This document shows positions 61,962-64,000 of a DNA stretch of 64,000 nt, in pieces. Made by a program: the position numbers and the translations under genes. Position 1 is the first letter of the stretch, and the number at the start of each line of letters is the position of its first letter. The notes under the pieces were generated by a model. That model was given only the letters and a program-made list of their open reading frames with translations. It had not been told where the DNA came from and ran no database searches. Where the stretch lies: NCBI GenBank assembly GCA_016782425.1, contig JADHYN010000001.1:67100-131099 (forward strand), written 5' to 3'. Source of the stretch: Candidatus Omnitrophota bacterium. GTDB lineage: Bacteria > Omnitrophota > Gorgyraeia > JABMRN01 > RBG-13-46-9.

Positions 61962-62111
61962 CCGTTAAGGGCGCCCCTTGTGGGCGCCCGTACAATAATG
62001 ATTATTTGTTTCGTGGGAGGCGATTTTATGGTCGCCGGGTAGGTGGCCGTAGGGGCGACCTTTATGGTCGCCCTATCGTTATTTCCTTAAGAGCGCCCAC
62101 AAGGGGTGTCC
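61962..62111. repeat. REP/BIME-like cluster of GC-rich hairpins downstream of folD
   Basis: Hairpins include GGGCGACCTTTATGGTCGCCC and GCGCCCACAAGGGGTG. About 100 nt are roughly 90% identical by eye to 63181-63288, inside the RAYT gene. Confidence 0.75.
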
Positions 62112-62954
62112 CTATGATAATTTAAACGCAGTTACGACATTCCGCATGAGCATGGTGACGGTGAGCGGCCCTACTCCGCCAGGGACAGGGGTTATGAATG
62201 AGGCTCTGTCTTTTGCAGGCTCAAATTCCACGTCGCCTACGATTCTTTCACCGACGCGGTTGATGCCTACGTCGATAACAATAGCGCCCGGTTTTATCCA
62301 CTCGCCCTTTATGAGGCCGGCTTTACCGACCGCGACCACGAGTATCTCGGCCCGTTTTACGTGCTCGGGCAAAACACCGCGCTCTCCGGTGGCAATGTGG
62401 CAGACTGTAGTAGTGACAAAGCTATTTAAAAGAAGAAGCGCCAGGGGTTTGCCTACGATTTCAGAGTGGCCGACGATGACTGCTTCCTTGCCATAAAGAT
62501 TCTCACGCGTTGATTCTATAAGCTCGAAGGCAGCCTGCGCCGTGCATGGCGCTACGGATGCGTCCCCGAGAAGAACGTGGCCCAGATTCTCCGGGTGCAT
62601 TCCCTCGGCGTCTTTCGCGGGAGAAATAGACCTAATGATCAGCCTATGGTCGATCCCTTTCGGAAGCGGAAGCTGGACGATAATACCTGATACGCTATTA
62701 TCTTTATTCAAGGATTTTATCTCGGTAACAAGAGTGTCCTGTTTAGTATCCGCGCCTAACGTTTTCAGACCATACTCTATTCCGAGAGCCTCGGCGGTTT
62801 TTTTCTGTGCCCTTATATAAACAGCTGAAGAGGTATTCTCCCCTACCTGGATGCTTACAAGTTTTGGCTTTTCCTTAAAAGACGCGATCTTTTTCTTCAA
62901 CGCTTCTTTTATGCTTGCCGCTATCGCCTTACCTTCTAATAACTGTGCGCTCAT
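62112..62954 (-). CDS. folD: Bifunctional methylene-THF dehydrogenase/methenyl-THF cyclohydrolase
   Basis: LLEGKAIA.., VQLPLP and GHSEIVGKPL motifs. The start at 62954 has GGAGGAG 6 nt upstream. Confidence 0.9.
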   Translation of the reverse strand: MSAQLLEGKAIAASIKEALKKKIASFKEKPKLVSIQVGENTSSAVYIRAQKKTAEALGIEYGLKTLGADTKQDTLVTEIKSLNKDNSVSGIIVQLPLPKGIDHRLIIRSISPAKDAEGMHPENLGHVLLGDASVAPCTAQAAFELIESTRENLYGKEAVIVGHSEIVGKPLALLLLNSFVTTTVCHIATGERGVLPEHVKRAEILVVAVGKAGLIKGEWIKPGAIVIDVGINRVGERIVGDVEFEPAKDRASFITPVPGGVGPLTVTMLMRNVVTAFKLS

Positions 62955-63531
62955 AATTTTCTCCTCCATTGGTAAAATATTCATCGCGCTCCCATTGGCC
63001 AGGATTATTTATTATGTATTCCCGAATACGGTTTGAATCTTGCTCATCACGGATTACATGTTCATAAAAATTTCGTTGCCAGAGGTGTTTACCGAATCGT
63101 GGCCAATTATTGATTTTTACGTTACGGATGTATTCATTGGTTGTAATGGATTTAAACGCACCAATAATTTCGCCCAACGTAGGGGCGACCTTTATGGTCG
63201 CCGGGGAGGTGGCCGTATGGGCGACCTTTATGGTCGCCCTATCGTTTATTCCGTTAAGGGCACCCACAAGGGGTGCCCCTACGATAACGATGATTCCGTG
63301 TAAATGGTTTGGCATGACGATGGATTCATCTACCTCAACATTTGGAAAATGTTCCGGTAATTTCCGCCACCATTCGTCAACCATATATCCCTCGTTATTT
63401 AATATCATTTTGCCGTCACTCACATCGCCAAATATGCATTTACGGTCGTTTACACATACGGTCACATAATACATGCCATCTTGTGTATAATCGTAATTTT
63501 TTAATCTTATCGATTTTCGGTTGCCTGACAT
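62929..63531 (-). CDS. REP-associated tyrosine transposase (RAYT, IS200/IS605-like Y1 HUH family)
   Basis: HUH motif MPNHLHGII and a C-terminal WQRNFYEHVIRDE..YIINNP Tyr region. Its start overlaps the metF stop (TAATG), and its tail overlaps the folD RBS and start. Confidence 0.8.
   Translation of the reverse strand: MSGNRKSIRLKNYDYTQDGMYYVTVCVNDRKCIFGDVSDGKMILNNEGYMVDEWWRKLPEHFPNVEVDESIVMPNHLHGIIVIVGAPLVGALNGINDRATIKVAHTATSPATIKVAPTLGEIIGAFKSITTNEYIRNVKINNWPRFGKHLWQRNFYEHVIRDEQDSNRIREYIINNPGQWERDEYFTNGGENYERTVIRR
63179..63290. repeat. REP cluster copy embedded in frame in the RAYT gene
   Basis: It encodes VGAPLVGALNGINDRATIKVAHTATSPATIKVAPT, between the HUH and Tyr motifs. Confidence 0.75.
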
Positions 63532-64000
63532 TATCGATTAACCTTGCCCAACACTTCCCTTGTAGGCTCTACTTTATTTAACGCGTAGAAATGGAGCCCC
63601 GGCGCGCCCCTTTTAAGAAGGTCATTGCATTGTTCGACAGCGAATTTTACACCGGCTTTATACATCTCTTCTTTATTACCGTCAAGCGGCTTGAAAATAT
63701 CGTGCACCTTCTGCGGAATAGTAGCGCCACAGGTCTTGCAGAAGCGGAGAAGCACTTGATAGTCCGTTATAGTGATAACGCCCGGCAAGATTCTCACATT
63801 GACGCCGACTTTTTTGGCCCTGTCTAAATATTCGGAATAATCTTTGTTGTCAAAGAAAAGCTGCGTTATGACAAATTCTCCGCCTGCGTCTATTTTAATC
63901 TTAAGGTATTTCGTATCCGTTGCCTTATCAGGGCAGTTCGTATGCCCTTCGGGAAATCCGGCCACGCCAATTGAGAAGAAATCGCCGAATGTTTTTATAA
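63531..64000 (-). CDS. metF: Methylenetetrahydrofolate reductase, 5' end outside the window
   Basis: GFPEGH.., ITQLFFD and LPGV..I motifs. The ORF stays open to position 64000. Confidence 0.85.
   Translation of the reverse strand, partial: IKTFGDFFSIGVAGFPEGHTNCPDKATDTKYLKIKIDAGGEFVITQLFFDNKDYSEYLDRAKKVGVNVRILPGVITITDYQVLLRFCKTCGATIPQKVHDIFKPLDGNKEEMYKAGVKFAVEQCNDLLKRGAPGLHFYALNKVEPTREVLGKVNR

Overview
The window reads as a gene-dense, roughly 40% GC fragment from an anaerobic bacterium. All confident genes lie on the minus strand except three at 18823-20670. I found no rRNA, tRNA or CRISPR array.

Gene blocks, from left to right:
- 1-1507: an Endo IV-like TIM-barrel gene and a Dph6-like ATP pyrophosphatase.
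- 1915-18708: one long co-directional hydrogenase array. In transcription order it runs Rex, then a HydB/HydG-like NAD(P)H module, a poly-ferredoxin, a 13-gene Mrp/Mbh-type group 4 [NiFe] hydrogenase, a maturation protease, and a reduced hypA-F-C-D-E set.
- 18823-20670: a plus-strand Rrf2 / TauE / DUF2490 unit.
- 20678-34758: redox, iron and sulfur genes. These include Ogg, TrxB, Grx, a superoxide reductase (SOR), rubrerythrin, a 39-aa desulforedoxin missing from the ORF track, ferritin, two more Rrf2 regulators, Fe-ADH, a DUF39 protein, CysK, an Isf-like flavoprotein and Nfu.
- 36997-64000: a bacterial Wood-Ljungdahl cluster in the order metF, RAYT, folD, giant ORF, cooS, cooF, FAD oxidoreductase, acsB, acsC, RACo, cooC, acsD, acsE.

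The most unusual items:
- a 3528-aa multi-enzyme ORF with internal transmembrane segments, sitting inside the Wood-Ljungdahl cluster;
- a 540-aa LAGLIDADG intein splitting the A-cluster CxxC motif of AcsB;
- a membrane-bound hydrogenase genetically joined to an NAD(P)H module and Rex;
- at least five families of palindromic intergenic repeats, plus 7-nt-period tandem arrays that also occur in frame inside two genes;
- a RAYT transposase that carries a copy of its own REP cluster.

All calls come from reading the translations and the DNA by eye. No database search was run.
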